In this document: one piece after another, positions 31,980-46,019 of the stretch
Numbering within the stretch: the stretch's first letter is position 1
Layout: each line of letters begins with the position of its first letter
Assembly: GCF_009914755.1 (NCBI RefSeq)
Contig: NC_060925.1
DNA: 64,000 nucleotides
From: the human T2T-CHM13v2.0 reference genome, Homo sapiens
Reading direction: 5' to 3' (one strand)
Translations under genes and position numbers: made by a program
The notes under the pieces: model-generated
What the model was told of the DNA's origin: nothing
Databases searched by the model: none
The model's input: only the letters and a program-made list of their open reading frames with translations

Positions 31980-32395
31980 GTAGGGAATTGGCTTACATGA
32001 TTCTGCAGGCTAAGAAGTCCCACAGTGTGCCATCTGCAAGCTGGAGACCCAGGAAAGCTGGTGATGTAATTCAGTCTTAGAAGGCCTGAGGACCAGGAGA
32101 GCCAATGATGTAAATCACAGTCTCACGGTGAAAGAAGAGGATATGAAATGTCCCAGCTCAAACACAGAGGCAGGAATAAAAGGGGTGAATTCCTCTTCCA
32201 TCTACCTTTTGTTCTACTTAAGTCCATAACAAATTGCACGATGCCCAGCCACATTGGGAAATCCATCTACTTTACTAAATGTTTTCATTGAAATACAAAT
32301 CTCATCTAGACACATCCTCACAGACGCACCAAGAGACAATGCTTAATCTGAGTACTTCATGGCCCACTTAAATTGACACAAAATAAATCATCACA
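31902..32395 (-). mobile_element. MLT2B-like ERVL solo LTR with internal (CA)n
   Basis: tgtattaggattctccagag...attgacacaaaataaatcatcaca. Confidence 0.85.
31938..31976. repeat. (CA)n microsatellite
   Basis: Uninterrupted CA run. Confidence 0.95.
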
Positions 32396-32879
32396 TATGG
32401 TACAAAGTAAAGTATTGCAAGCCTTATAATAAATATGTACGAAACAGCATGTGAGACAGAAGAGATTGGGGAGACAATGTAGAGGCGCTGGTGAGCCTCC
32501 ATGGGTGGGCTGGACTTTCACCAAGAGAGACCACTCACTGTCATTGTCCAGATTCACCCAAGAACCCACAGTTCAACAACAGCACCAGAAACATAATTAC
32601 CATCAATTAAAGCCAAAGGTCTATGTCCACAAAACGAGGACCTAGAAGAATATCTTTTTGAAGTGGAATCACAGAAAGAATGCTAATCAGTTGGGCTTTA
32701 TCTTTACTGTGGACGTAATTTAAAAAAAGGAATAACTTGTGTGGGGTAGGAGGAGCTTTCAATCTAGTGCGAGTTTCTTCCTTGATATCAGTATTACTGG
32801 CTGTCTGAAGAGTCAGTGGGAAACATTACCACCATTCCTTGGAGGTCTGTAAGGCTAATATGGCTACCCATGGGCTTCT

Positions 32880-33075
32880 GGCAGAGCAGAAAAGACACCA
32901 ACTTCAAGGTCTGAGAAACCTTCACCCCTGCTGAGTGGCTTTGGGAAAGTATCGCCCCCTGATCCTGTGGTTCTCACATAAAACAAATACATTATACCTA
33001 TTTTTCAGGATACTTGTGAGGTTTAGAAATAATATCTGGCACATAGCAGACACTCAATAAGTGACAGATAACATA
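32880..33075 (+). mobile_element. MIR
   Basis: ttgggaaagt...tctggcacatagcagacactcaataa. Confidence 0.6.
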
Positions 33076-33799
33076 ATTTTCTCTTCTAGATGACACAGGC
33101 AACTTCTTGTCTAGGACAAGAGCACTGAGCTAAGAAATTTCCAAGAATCTCCTCCAGGCCCAAGATTTTAGCCACTACTGAAACTGATCTGCTTGGACAC
33201 AATCCAAACTCCTGCAGGCAGCATGAGTGCAGTGAAGCCTTTCTTCTGGCCCACATTATCTTTAGCCACCCCACTCCACGGAGCTTGCCGGAGTCTCTTT
33301 ACACACCCCCCTCTAGCCTTTTTCCTCTTCACTCCACTATTTGAGTCCAATTTCCTCTGAAAAAGTATTCACTTAAATAGGTGGCGTTGCACCAATTTCA
33401 TTAATTGATCTGTGTCAATGTTCTAATGAGTGCTAACGAGTGACCTGCTCAGGTAGGTGAACATCAAGTCATGGAACACTAGTAACTCAACATCCCAGGT
33501 AGTAAAAACATCAAGCACAATGCCAAAAGACCTCTTCACTCTAGAAGATCTTCTGTAGGCCAGGGAAGAGGTTTTGTGGGAAATTTGGGGACCCATGGAC
33601 ATGCTCAATTTAGGACACTTCAGGATGTTTCTGTTGTATCTACCTGGAGAGATCAACCTGGAAAAATAGTCCTGCTACTTTACCAGGACTATCAGCCAGA
33701 AGCTATGCAGGAGAGTGCTCCAAGTCATACCACAGTCAGGCCAGATGGAGAGGCCCAGAACCTTCATTCTGAAACCACTTTCTTAGTTCTAGGAATTTT

Positions 33800-34270
33800 A
33801 ACTTTTGAAAAGATGGAGTTTAGAGACACTCTGGGAATTATCTAAGTTGTTCACTTTATTTTTTGCGAAGCTGATGCTCACATAAATGAGATGATTGTTA
33901 GGCCCTAGAATTAGTTAGGGCTGAGTTGAATTTGAAACCCAGGTTTTCTAGCACCTAAACCAGAATTCCCTGTGCTAGTTTATATACATATATATACATA
34001 TATCTTCATATATATGCATATGTATATATATATGCACCTTGTTATATATAAACTTTTGTATATCTTACCTGTTCTAGAAGAGTCTCTGGTGGTGATGGAC
34101 CAAAAGATCAAATCTGTAAATTATATTCCATTACCAAGAATCTAGGTAATTAACTGCCTAGAGCTCAGTCTGCCCAACTGTAAAATGAGCAGAGTATTCC
34201 CTGCGTTGGTCTATGTTGCTAGGCTGTTACAAGAATAGATAGGAGTGTCTTGCACACAAAAAATGCTGAA
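33800..34270. mobile_element. MIR(-), (TA)n and MIR(+) fragments
   Basis: tttgaaacccagg antisense core; aactgtaaaatgag sense core. Confidence 0.5.
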
Positions 34271-36859
34271 AAAAATTGGCTAAAGAAAGGAAAGAGAGAG
34301 TTCAGAAAGTCAAAGTTCACACATACACAAGTTATTAGAATTGATCACCATTCTCAGATTCAGAAGCTACTGGTAGTGTTCTCCCTACCCCCAAGATTGG
34401 GAGAGCATTAGCCTTTATAGCTAACATTAGGCAACAGAATGGCTTACTATTGGAGCTGGCAACCTGCATGCTTCTACACACAGACCACTGAGACAGGCAA
34501 CCTCCACACCTTCTACCAACTGCTGATGGGCTGTTGCTTAGACAACCCCACATCCTGGACCCAAGCTCCTAAACAGACCAAGAAGAATAGCAGTGCACTG
34601 AAGGTGGAGTAGACAGAGGGAGAAAGAACAAGCAGACCACCTAAAATGATGACCCTAAAGAAATGGAGTGCCTGAACGAATGGGACTGATGTCAATTTGG
34701 AAAAGGGGTAGGGAAAGAGAGGGGGAGAGAAAAAGGGGGAGAAGGGGGTGTGAAAGAGAGGGAAGGAGGGAGGAATAAAAAGAATATGAGAATTTAGGAG
34801 ATTCACATACATATTTGAGACTCAAAGTAGTGACATGGAAGATCAAGTTGAAGGAATATTCTAAAGCCTACGACAAATATCCATATCTCACCATTGTTAG
34901 TACAAGGGGCCTGAAATAAAATTCCCTTGGGGTAAGATTGCACACAGGAGGCTACATCTGCTGTGCAGCTCCCCAAAACTTTAGCCACTCTGACTCATCC
35001 CAAGGGGAAGAATTTTGGCCACCTGAGTTCCTGACTTGGATTCTGACTGTGGCTTTTAGCCTTTGCATCATCCTGCATCTTAAGGATTGCTCTGTCTGTC
35101 TCTCCTTCTCTGTCCTGGGTGAGCAAGCTGCTGGCATCTCCTGTCGGCCACAGGAGGTGTGTTGACAAGGGCCAGGAAATATGTGGGAAGGGGTGGGTTG
35201 GGGGGAGTTTCCTAGGCAGCGTTCCTCTAGGAACTTTCTTCTCTAGGAATTCTCTTAGATCAGCATCCATTGCCTGTCCACTGGGTCATAAGCTTTCCTT
35301 ATGCACGTTCAGTTGTTAAATCTACAACACCTCTCGCCCCCACACAGACTTTCACTCCCGCTCAAGAGAGGGGTCAGGGTGTGTGTGTGTGTTGTGAGCA
35401 AACTCCTTCATTGCCATGGACCTGGCAGAGGCACAAGCCAGCCCCATTCCAGGACCATGTGACACTGGCTGGGTTACTCACTTGTTTGCCCTCCAGCAGG
35501 GGCAGCCGGGGACACCTCCCTAGAGTGACTACAGCGTTTATCCCTGGGATGACTCAGCCCAAGCCTCCCTCTGCCCAAAAAGGGAATCTGAGGCTGGGGC
35601 TGGAGATGGGGCCTGTTGATTAGCCGCATCTATGGTTGGGAGAGCATAGAAACTACCTCTCACCTGGGAAACATGAGGGACAGAGTGAGTAATGCTCAGA
35701 TCAGTGGCTCAGGAACTCAGCGTGAAACATAAGTTTATTTGAGAAGCTCAAGTGACAGGTGGAGCTTTGCTTCCAGAACCCCAAGGAAGATCCTACTCAG
35801 CCACCTAATGATAACATTTTCATTTCAGATTTCCATTCATTTCATCTCACTGACTTCACTCTCACCTTTATTTTGTTTTCGTCATTTCTGGAGTGGGTCA
35901 ATTACTTAACCCTGAATAGAGATGTGATATAGCAGAGTCTTAGGGTGGGTTCTGGCTGATTCCTCATCAAGAATAAGATTCTATTTCCTTTGTCCTGAAC
36001 AGGATAATCTCTTCAGATTACAAAGCTGTACCTACCTAGTATTGTTTGTTGATGTTTCTGTTGTTTATAAACACTGGTCTCATCTCTCCAAGAGCATAAT
36101 ACATTCCTCAAAAGCACTCGCTTCCCTTATAGTTCTAATTCCTCATGGCACTCTCTGAGAAGCACATGTGGATACTTAACACTTGTTACTTGATTGTTCT
36201 CAATCTTAAATACCTGGAAGAAAAGGCATTTCCACAACCTCACCAGTCACCAAATCCAAGAACTAAATTCAGCAAGATCGAGTTTTTGATAGCAAAATTA
36301 AAGTTACCATATTTTACACCATTTCACCAACAACATCTGTAGTTTAATTGGTTAATTTCCATCTGCTGGCCTTCTAGCTAACTCTGAGGCATTCCCCTGA
36401 TGTTACTATTATAATTGTTCCTAGAGGTCTACGATAAAAACAACGGTTATTTGTAGAGGCTTAATCACACACAAAGTGATTTCACAGGTATTTCTACTTA
36501 GAGCATCACCCTCTGTGGCGGCTATAATTGCACTTCTCAGATCTCCGACATCGGGGAGCAACATCAGGGACCATAATTAACTCAGCGCAGACGGGGCTCT
36601 AAAATCCATCATGCGTTTGTGATGTGGTCTGATGGCCCTTTCAGCCTCTCCACGCTCCTGGGCTATTTTATCTCACAGGTGTTTCCCCTAACAAAATGTT
36701 CTTGCACACATTCTGTCTTCACATCTGTTTTTCTGAGAACCCACTCCCTCGAACCTAGCTTGACGAGCCCCTTCTCTGGGTCTCCAGAGCACCCTGGATC
36801 TGTCTCCATCAGAGAATTCCGCATGCCGCGTTACACTGTCTGTCTCCATGTTAGACCTG

Positions 36860-37150
36860 GATCCACAACCGTGCTGTAATGAGGTGAATGTAACCCATGC
36901 TGGGAGAGGGTGATTCACCTCACTGGCGAGTTGAAGAGTGAATGTGGAGGTCAAAGAGGGTTTCACCAACAAGGTACCTTCACCTGTGCCTGGAAGGATG
37001 GGTAGGATCCAGGTAAGGAGGATGGGAGCCAGCATTTAACGCAGAGGGAACAGTGTGAGAAGGAGGATGGGAGCCAGCATTTAACGCAGAGGGAACAGTG
37101 TGAGAAGGAGGATGGGCTTAGGAGCCTGATGAATATGTTGGTATGGCTGG
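36860..37150 (-). mobile_element. L2 fragment containing a 45-bp duplication
   Basis: gaggtcaaagagggtttc, gcagagggaacagtgtg. Confidence 0.55.
37015..37116. repeat. Exact 45-bp tandem duplication (2.27 copies)
   Basis: aaggaggatgggagccagcatttaacgcagagggaacagtgtgag at 37015 and 37060, plus 12-bp third copy at 37105. Confidence 0.97.
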
Positions 37151-37329
37151 AACCGGTCTAGAAATGTGGCATCTTGGTGATTGCCACACTGAATAGTTTT
37201 AACTTTATGTTGCACATAGTGCTTCTCAACCAACGTTTAAAAAATCTGCCTTCACACAGTGTGATCAAATAACTCTTCCCTGTTATGTAATGATTCTCGG
37301 GTTGCTGGGGTGTCTCCTAAGAATCACTC

Positions 37330-37497
37330 TGCCCTGTACTACCCAGGACCATCCCAATAGCCCTATGTGGCTAAATAAACTTTAAATTCATTCAAATGAA
37401 AATCAAATTAAACTTTCAGATTTTCAGTCATCCTGGACACATTTCAAGGGTTCAGGAACCACCTGTGGCTCCAGCTCCCCCATATAGAACAGCACAG
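37330..37497. mobile_element. MER3/MER33-like hAT MITE
   Basis: atgtggcta...cacatttcaag...ccacctgtggct...acagcacag. Confidence 0.7.
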
Positions 37498-37849
37498 AGG
37501 GAAGTGGAGGAGGTAGGGATGAGGAAGGTGAAGAATGGTGGTTTCCAGAGAGGCAAAGAGATTGTGGCATGTCACACAGCTGACAGTGAAAGAGCAGAGC
37601 TTGAAGCCCAAATCTTATTCTTCTTAACCAAGAGTTATTTCCACGGGATTTTTCTATTTTTTCCCAACTTCCTGGAGCTGGTTGGTAGGAAGTCTCATTC
37701 ATGTCCAGATCCTACCCCATGGGTGCTGGAAGTGAAATAAAGTGCAAAGCATCCAGGACCTAAATTGAGATTATTTAGATTTGAATCCGGTGCTGTCATT
37801 TAGGAGGTGCAGGGCTTGGGCAAGCCAAGCACACACACACATGTGCTTG

Positions 37850-38220
37850 GAACTTTTATTAAGCAGCCTCATGGACATCTTTCCATGTCAAGGCATCAGA
37901 TTTTTCTCATTTTTCAAGATGTATAGCATTTTATAGTTCTAGTACATAATGAATTATTTGGATATTCCCACTTCATAGATAGTAAGTTTTCTCCCTACCT
38001 TTTTAAATTTCAAATACTGCAAATGAACTCATGTTGGGCTTTTGATTTAGTGCAAACATAGTTCAAGGATAAATCCTAGAAGTGTGATTGCTAGGTTAAA
38101 AAGTAGGCATTGCCAAAATGTTCTCCAAAAAGGGGGCAGCAATTCTCCTAATAATGCATTATTCTCCTAATAATGCAAAAAACTACCAGTTTCCCATGCC
38201 CTTCTCAATACTGGTCTCTC
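37850..38220 (-). mobile_element. Ancient L1ME fragment
   Basis: ggataaatcctagaagtgtgattgctagg, ttgccaaaatgttctccaaaa. Confidence 0.6.
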
Positions 38221-38889
38221 TTTTTTTTTTAATTAACTCACTTAATGGATACTTAAAAATGCTTTGCAATCTTTCAAATACCATGCAAATGTAAGGTATT
38301 ATGGCCAATAACCTTTTCTAGAAGGCCCCATATCAAAAAGTGGACATCCAAGCCCTTGGGGAGCTTGTACCATCCAGAAGTTTTTACTATATGTCCTGTC
38401 ATTTTCTGGAAATAATGTTTTTGGCCTTGGATCCTAATTTTTTAGGCCAAAATATCAGTTTTCCAGGATGATGGGGTTGTAAATAATGAATAAGAGAAAC
38501 CCTCCAGCAAAAGCAGCTATCACCATTCTTAGAGCTTTGCTGGCAAAATAATTGAATTTGATAGCAGATAGGGCCACTTGTGCCACCCAAAATTTTACTG
38601 AGCCAGCCTGGCAGGGAATGATTTGCGAGGCCTTTCTCTTACTGTTTCCAAAGACTTTATTTTATCTACTTTCTTTTTCAAGCCTTTTTATTCTTACTAT
38701 TCATTTGGAAACTGTAAAATTGAGGCTTCAGCATCTACTCACTTTTACTTTTTTTTAAGAAGCACAGGCCTAGTGCAGTGGACTGCAGGGGCCTCCCATG
38801 TTGACTTTGAAAACAAAGGAAGTCTGACCCTAAGCTCCTTTTTCCTTCTTATGGAATCCATCCACCCCAACATCACCATCTGGTAAACT

Positions 38890-39135
38890 CCTAGTCCTCC
38901 TTCCAGAACCTAAGGACCATCTTTCAAGTCAGTTCTTTTGTAGAGCCTTACCTACTCTGTCTTCCCACACATTTCATTTTTACCTCTAAGCAATTATGAA
39001 TTTCCCAATAATTTCCTTGTTTGCATCTTTCCCCATGCCCATCTCCCAGCTATGAATTATTTGGGCTGGACCTGGGTCTCATTTATCTTTATATCTCTAG
39101 TTGGTAGTACTTGGTAAGTTTGTTGAATAAATGTT
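38890..39135 (+). mobile_element. L2 3' end
   Basis: gtttgttgaataaatg terminus. Confidence 0.55.
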
Positions 39136-39194
39136 TCTTCATTTTGAATCCTTGCCTGGGTTGGACATAAAACAATAATAACACTCCTAGAATA

Positions 39195-39580
39195 TGTAGC
39201 ACAAACACCAGCACTCCCCAAATATTCCACAAGCTCCCTCATGCTTCTCAGCCTCCCTTGTATTTATGATGGGGTTATGTGACTAACTCTGGTTCACAGG
39301 CAGGTGTGTGAGTAAAGTAATGCTTGGCACTTTCTGTCTGAGGTAGGAAAGAAGGGTGGTGAGTTCCATACATGCCCTCTCTCTTGCCACTATGCCTGGA
39401 AACAAAGAACTCTGAAACAGCAAAGGTGCAAGATAGAAACAGCCTAAATGTCTCATCACTGTTGAAGGGTAGCCACCAAGGAGAGCAGCCTGACCTGCAT
39501 CAGACTGTTCGGAAAGTGAGGAATAGCCTTTGGGATTTGGGAGTTTATTGCCACAGCAAAACTTAGCTTACCCTAACACA
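39195..39580 (+). mobile_element. Old MaLR solo LTR (MLT1H/I/J-like)
   Basis: tg start; atgtgactaactctgg; gatttgggagtttattgccacagca...cctaacaca end. Confidence 0.65.
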
Positions 39581-40965
39581 GCATATGAATTTCATGATTT
39601 GAAAATGTACGTAGAAAAGAAGCTCTTAAAATATGACAGTGTCATTTGATCACGAAACCTTTTCACCTTCATCCCCTAGAACAAGTGAGGGTTGGTACTT
39701 TGGATTTTATGACTTCAAAGCAGATTATTTTTTCAAGAGAGCACAGCCATTCCTGTTTCATTGACAGAGATTCCAAGGCATGGAGAAGTGAAAGCACTGG
39801 TTTCTGGAATTATGGGTGAAATTAGCAGGAGAACACAGACCCAAATTTCTGACCCCCCTGCTTAGATAGAACTGCTCATCCCCCAACATCAGTGTCCTCT
39901 GGGGTTAGTATTCTAGGAATAATATTGACCTACTTAGAAATGGGACAGATTTTACATCTCTAAAGCTAACTCCACTGAAGAATATCTGTTTTGAAGCAAC
40001 ATGGTGGTAAAAAGGTTAACACTAAATTTGAAGTTTATTTCTAGGCAGACATCCTGAGCCCTGGGGGAAAGATTGCAGCTGCCCTGTGGCCCAGATAATG
40101 CAATATCAGGGTGAACAAGGACATCTTAGAACATTCTGTTCTCCTCCCCCGAGGCCAATTAAAATCTGTAGGCATCTTTCTGTTGACCAGGCTGACTGAC
40201 TAATTGAATCAGAATTATGATATTTTCATCAGCTTTCTCTTATCCCTCTCTGCCTTGCCAGCAGACAGAAAGTTTGACAATCATACAACTTCAAGTATAT
40301 GAGGCCCAGTGAATGGATCTGCTCTCACCTTAAACCACTGAACATTGTACATTAAATAAGATCCCAAAAAGGATGGAACAAGATTGTGGGCAAGGTAGTG
40401 TCCCCAGATATTAGTCTCTGTTTATCCACATAAGAAGAAGCTAAATACCAAGACACCACCTTCAGGATGCTTGATGAACAAGAAATCTGTCATTTAGCAG
40501 CTGCTATTCCAATAAGTCAGCTCCGTAATTACCTCTGCCTTCCTAATTAACCATCACACTGCCCAACTGAGAAAGCTCCTCATGTTGAAGGACCAAATTC
40601 CTGCTGAAGTCTAACAAGGTTCTGTCCATTCTATTAAGCTAGGAGGTATTTTATCCTGCACATCCAAATGGTCTGGTTAGCCTTAGAGACTGCCCCAAAC
40701 AGTATCAAAGCCTCTGGGAATCAGCTACACATTTCCAGTTGTGTGAGACTTCTCAGCTTGAGTGTGACAACCTCCACATTAGTAACTTCTGTGAAATTAT
40801 TTCTTTATATCTAAACTGCCTCAGAAGTTAGGCATTTATAGCAGCATTAGTTCCAGCTGTGAGGAAGCTTTGGGTCACAAGATATTAGGAAGGGGTGGGG
40901 TGGGGGGAACCTCTGGGACAAAGATTTCAGCCTCAGGACCTGTTTCTGAGTTTTCTAAAAGGAAA

Positions 40966-43485
<2,520 letters not shown>

Positions 43486-43567
43486 TAAAAGGAAAACCAA
43501 GGCTGAGGCATGTTTGGGAAAAGCTATTTTAGCTTTGAAGCTACCTCTCACCACATTGGCAGGAAGG

Positions 43568-43720
43568 GCTATGGACTAGTTGTGTTTCCCCAAAATTCAT
43601 ATGTTGAAATGCTAATCTCAAATATGATGGTATTAGAAGATGGGGGCCTTTGCGAGGTGATTAGGCCATGAGGAAGTAGCCCTCATGATGGGATTAGCAC
43701 ACTTATAAGAAAAGACATGA
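43568..43720 (+). mobile_element. MLT1A-like LTR, 5' part only
   Basis: ccccaaaattcatatgttgaa...gaggtgattaggccatgagg. Confidence 0.75.
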
Positions 43721-45320
43721 GTGACTATGGTTAAGAATAATGTATTGCGCTCTCGAAATTTTCTGAGAGAGTAGATCTCAAGTGTTCTACACACACACAC
43801 ACAAAGTATCTAGATAAGGTAATTAATATGTTAGTTAGCTTCACTGTAGTGATTGTTTTACAACAAATTCATTCTTTGTTAAGAAGGTTTCCCCCTTACA
43901 TTTAGGAATAAGCCAAGAACGTCTGATGTCAACAAAATGCAACTTTGTATTGGAAGTCCTGGCCAGTTTAATATGGCAAGAAAAATAAATAAAAACATAA
44001 AGATTATAAAGAAGAAAATGTATCTCTATTGTAGACAACATAATTATTTATGCAATCAAAACAAATTCAACACATATAATTATTGATTTTCAACAGGGGT
44101 GCAAATGGATATTCTTTATAACAAATGATGCTGGAACAATTAAAATATCCACACATGGAAGTGATGAACCTTAACCCTTACCTCAAAAATATACAAAAAT
44201 TAACTCAAAATGGATCACAACCTAAATATAAAGTTGAAACTATATAAACTCTAGAAGAAAATAGAGGAGAAAATTTTCATGTACTTAGGTTGGTCAAAGA
44301 CTTCATAAATAAAATACATAAAGTGTACACTATAAAACATTCATAGATTGAACTGTGTCAAAATCAAAATCTTTTGCTTTTTAAAAGACACAAAATGAAA
44401 TGAAAAGGCAAGGTACAGATTGAGAAAACATTTGCAAAACATGTATCTAATTAAAAGCTTATACCCAGAATGTAAAAGGATTCCTACAATTCAATAATAA
44501 TATGGCAAACAACCCAATTTAAAAATTGGCAAAAGATTTGAAGACATACTACACCAAGGAAGATATACAAACGGCAAGCATGTAAAAAGATCCCCATCAC
44601 CATTATTTATTAAAGAAAGGCAAATTAAATCCACAAGGAGATACCATTTTATTCCCACTAGAAAGGCAAATATTAAGTATTGTTGAGGATGTAGAAGAAC
44701 TGGAACACACTTTGTTTGCCAGTGGTAACATAAAATGGTACAGCCACTTTAGAAAATAATTTTTTTGTGACGTTAATATACACATATGATCCACAGCTCT
44801 ACTTCTAGACATTTACCCAAGAGTAATTAAAACATATGTCCACAAAAAGATTCTAATGTGAATTTATATAGTAGCTTTATTTTTAATTCCAAGAACTATA
44901 AAGATTCCAAATATGCATCAACTGGTGAATGTTTATATAAACTGGTATCTCCATAGAATGGAATACTTCTTAGCAATAAAAATGAAAATAAACTACTGAT
45001 AGATACAACAACATGGATGAGTCTCGAAAAAATTATGCCAAGTGAAAGAAGAGAGCCACAAAATGTTCCATACTATATGATTCCATTTATATGGGATTCT
45101 TTGCAAAAGTCAAACCTTAGTGATAGAAGGAAGATGTTTCAATGGTTGCCAGGGTATGGGGAATTGTATGATTCCAAAGTTCATAACAGATCTCTTTGGG
45201 GTGATGGAAATGTTTTGCACCATGATACTCATGGCACTGACATAACTGTATGTAGTTGTCAAATCTCATTGAATTGTACACTGAAAATTGGTGAATTTTA
45301 TGTAAATTATGCTCAGAGGT
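43721..45320 (+). mobile_element. L1M fragments (L1MA-type 3' piece, then L1MC/MD-type ORF2 end and 3'UTR)
   Basis: gagagtagatctcaagtgttct; aattaactcaaaatggatca; ggtgatggaaatgttttg. Confidence 0.8.
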
Positions 45321-46019
45321 GATTTTACACACACATACATACATACACAAACACATGCATAGATACACACATTATTTAAAATGAAAGCATTCAATGTGGA
45401 AAAGATTACAGATTACACACAACTTGGTCCTTTCCATCACTGACAGAAGATAAAAAACTTTCGGCAAGAAATTTTGAATTTCAGTTTTTTCCTGTGTCCC
45501 TGATGTTATTCCTACTGCCTCTCTGCAATAAGAGAGCAAAAGACATAGTCTGTCTAAGGACCAAAATAGATCCTGTGTAAACACACACTGTGGTTTTGAT
45601 TGCACATATCTGCAGATGGATCTAAACCCTGTAGCCTTAAGCAACGACTCTGGAATCACTGGTGCCAACTCAAATCATTTATCAAAATATATTTCCCTTG
45701 CAAAAATCAAGCAGCAAATCTTCAGGACTCTTGGCCAAGGAGGGAATCATTTTGGCTAAAGCACTCTCATGCCTCTGCTAACGCAAAAGCCCATGGGCAT
45801 ACTAATAAATATGATGCAACAACACTTGTATTGCAGGGCAGAAGGGCAAGGAGAGGGAGCACCTCTGTCATGGATCTGTTTACTGTGTGTTTATCAATTC
45901 ATATAATTATTGAGAATGTACGTGTGCCTGTTACCATGACAGGCACTGCAGAAGATGCTAAGGAGAAAAGGGTCAGGGAACAGACGTTTGGTGTAACATG
46001 CTATGCATTCAAAGTGAGG

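Noticed and set aside
35490-35510. CTCF site (ccagcaggggcagc), plus weaker matches near 14860 and 36510
   Set aside because: Core spacing is off by one base or has several mismatches; not supportable without ChIP data
37015-37116. Direct repeats as a CRISPR-like array
   Set aside because: Head-to-tail copies with no unique spacers, no cas genes, eukaryotic context
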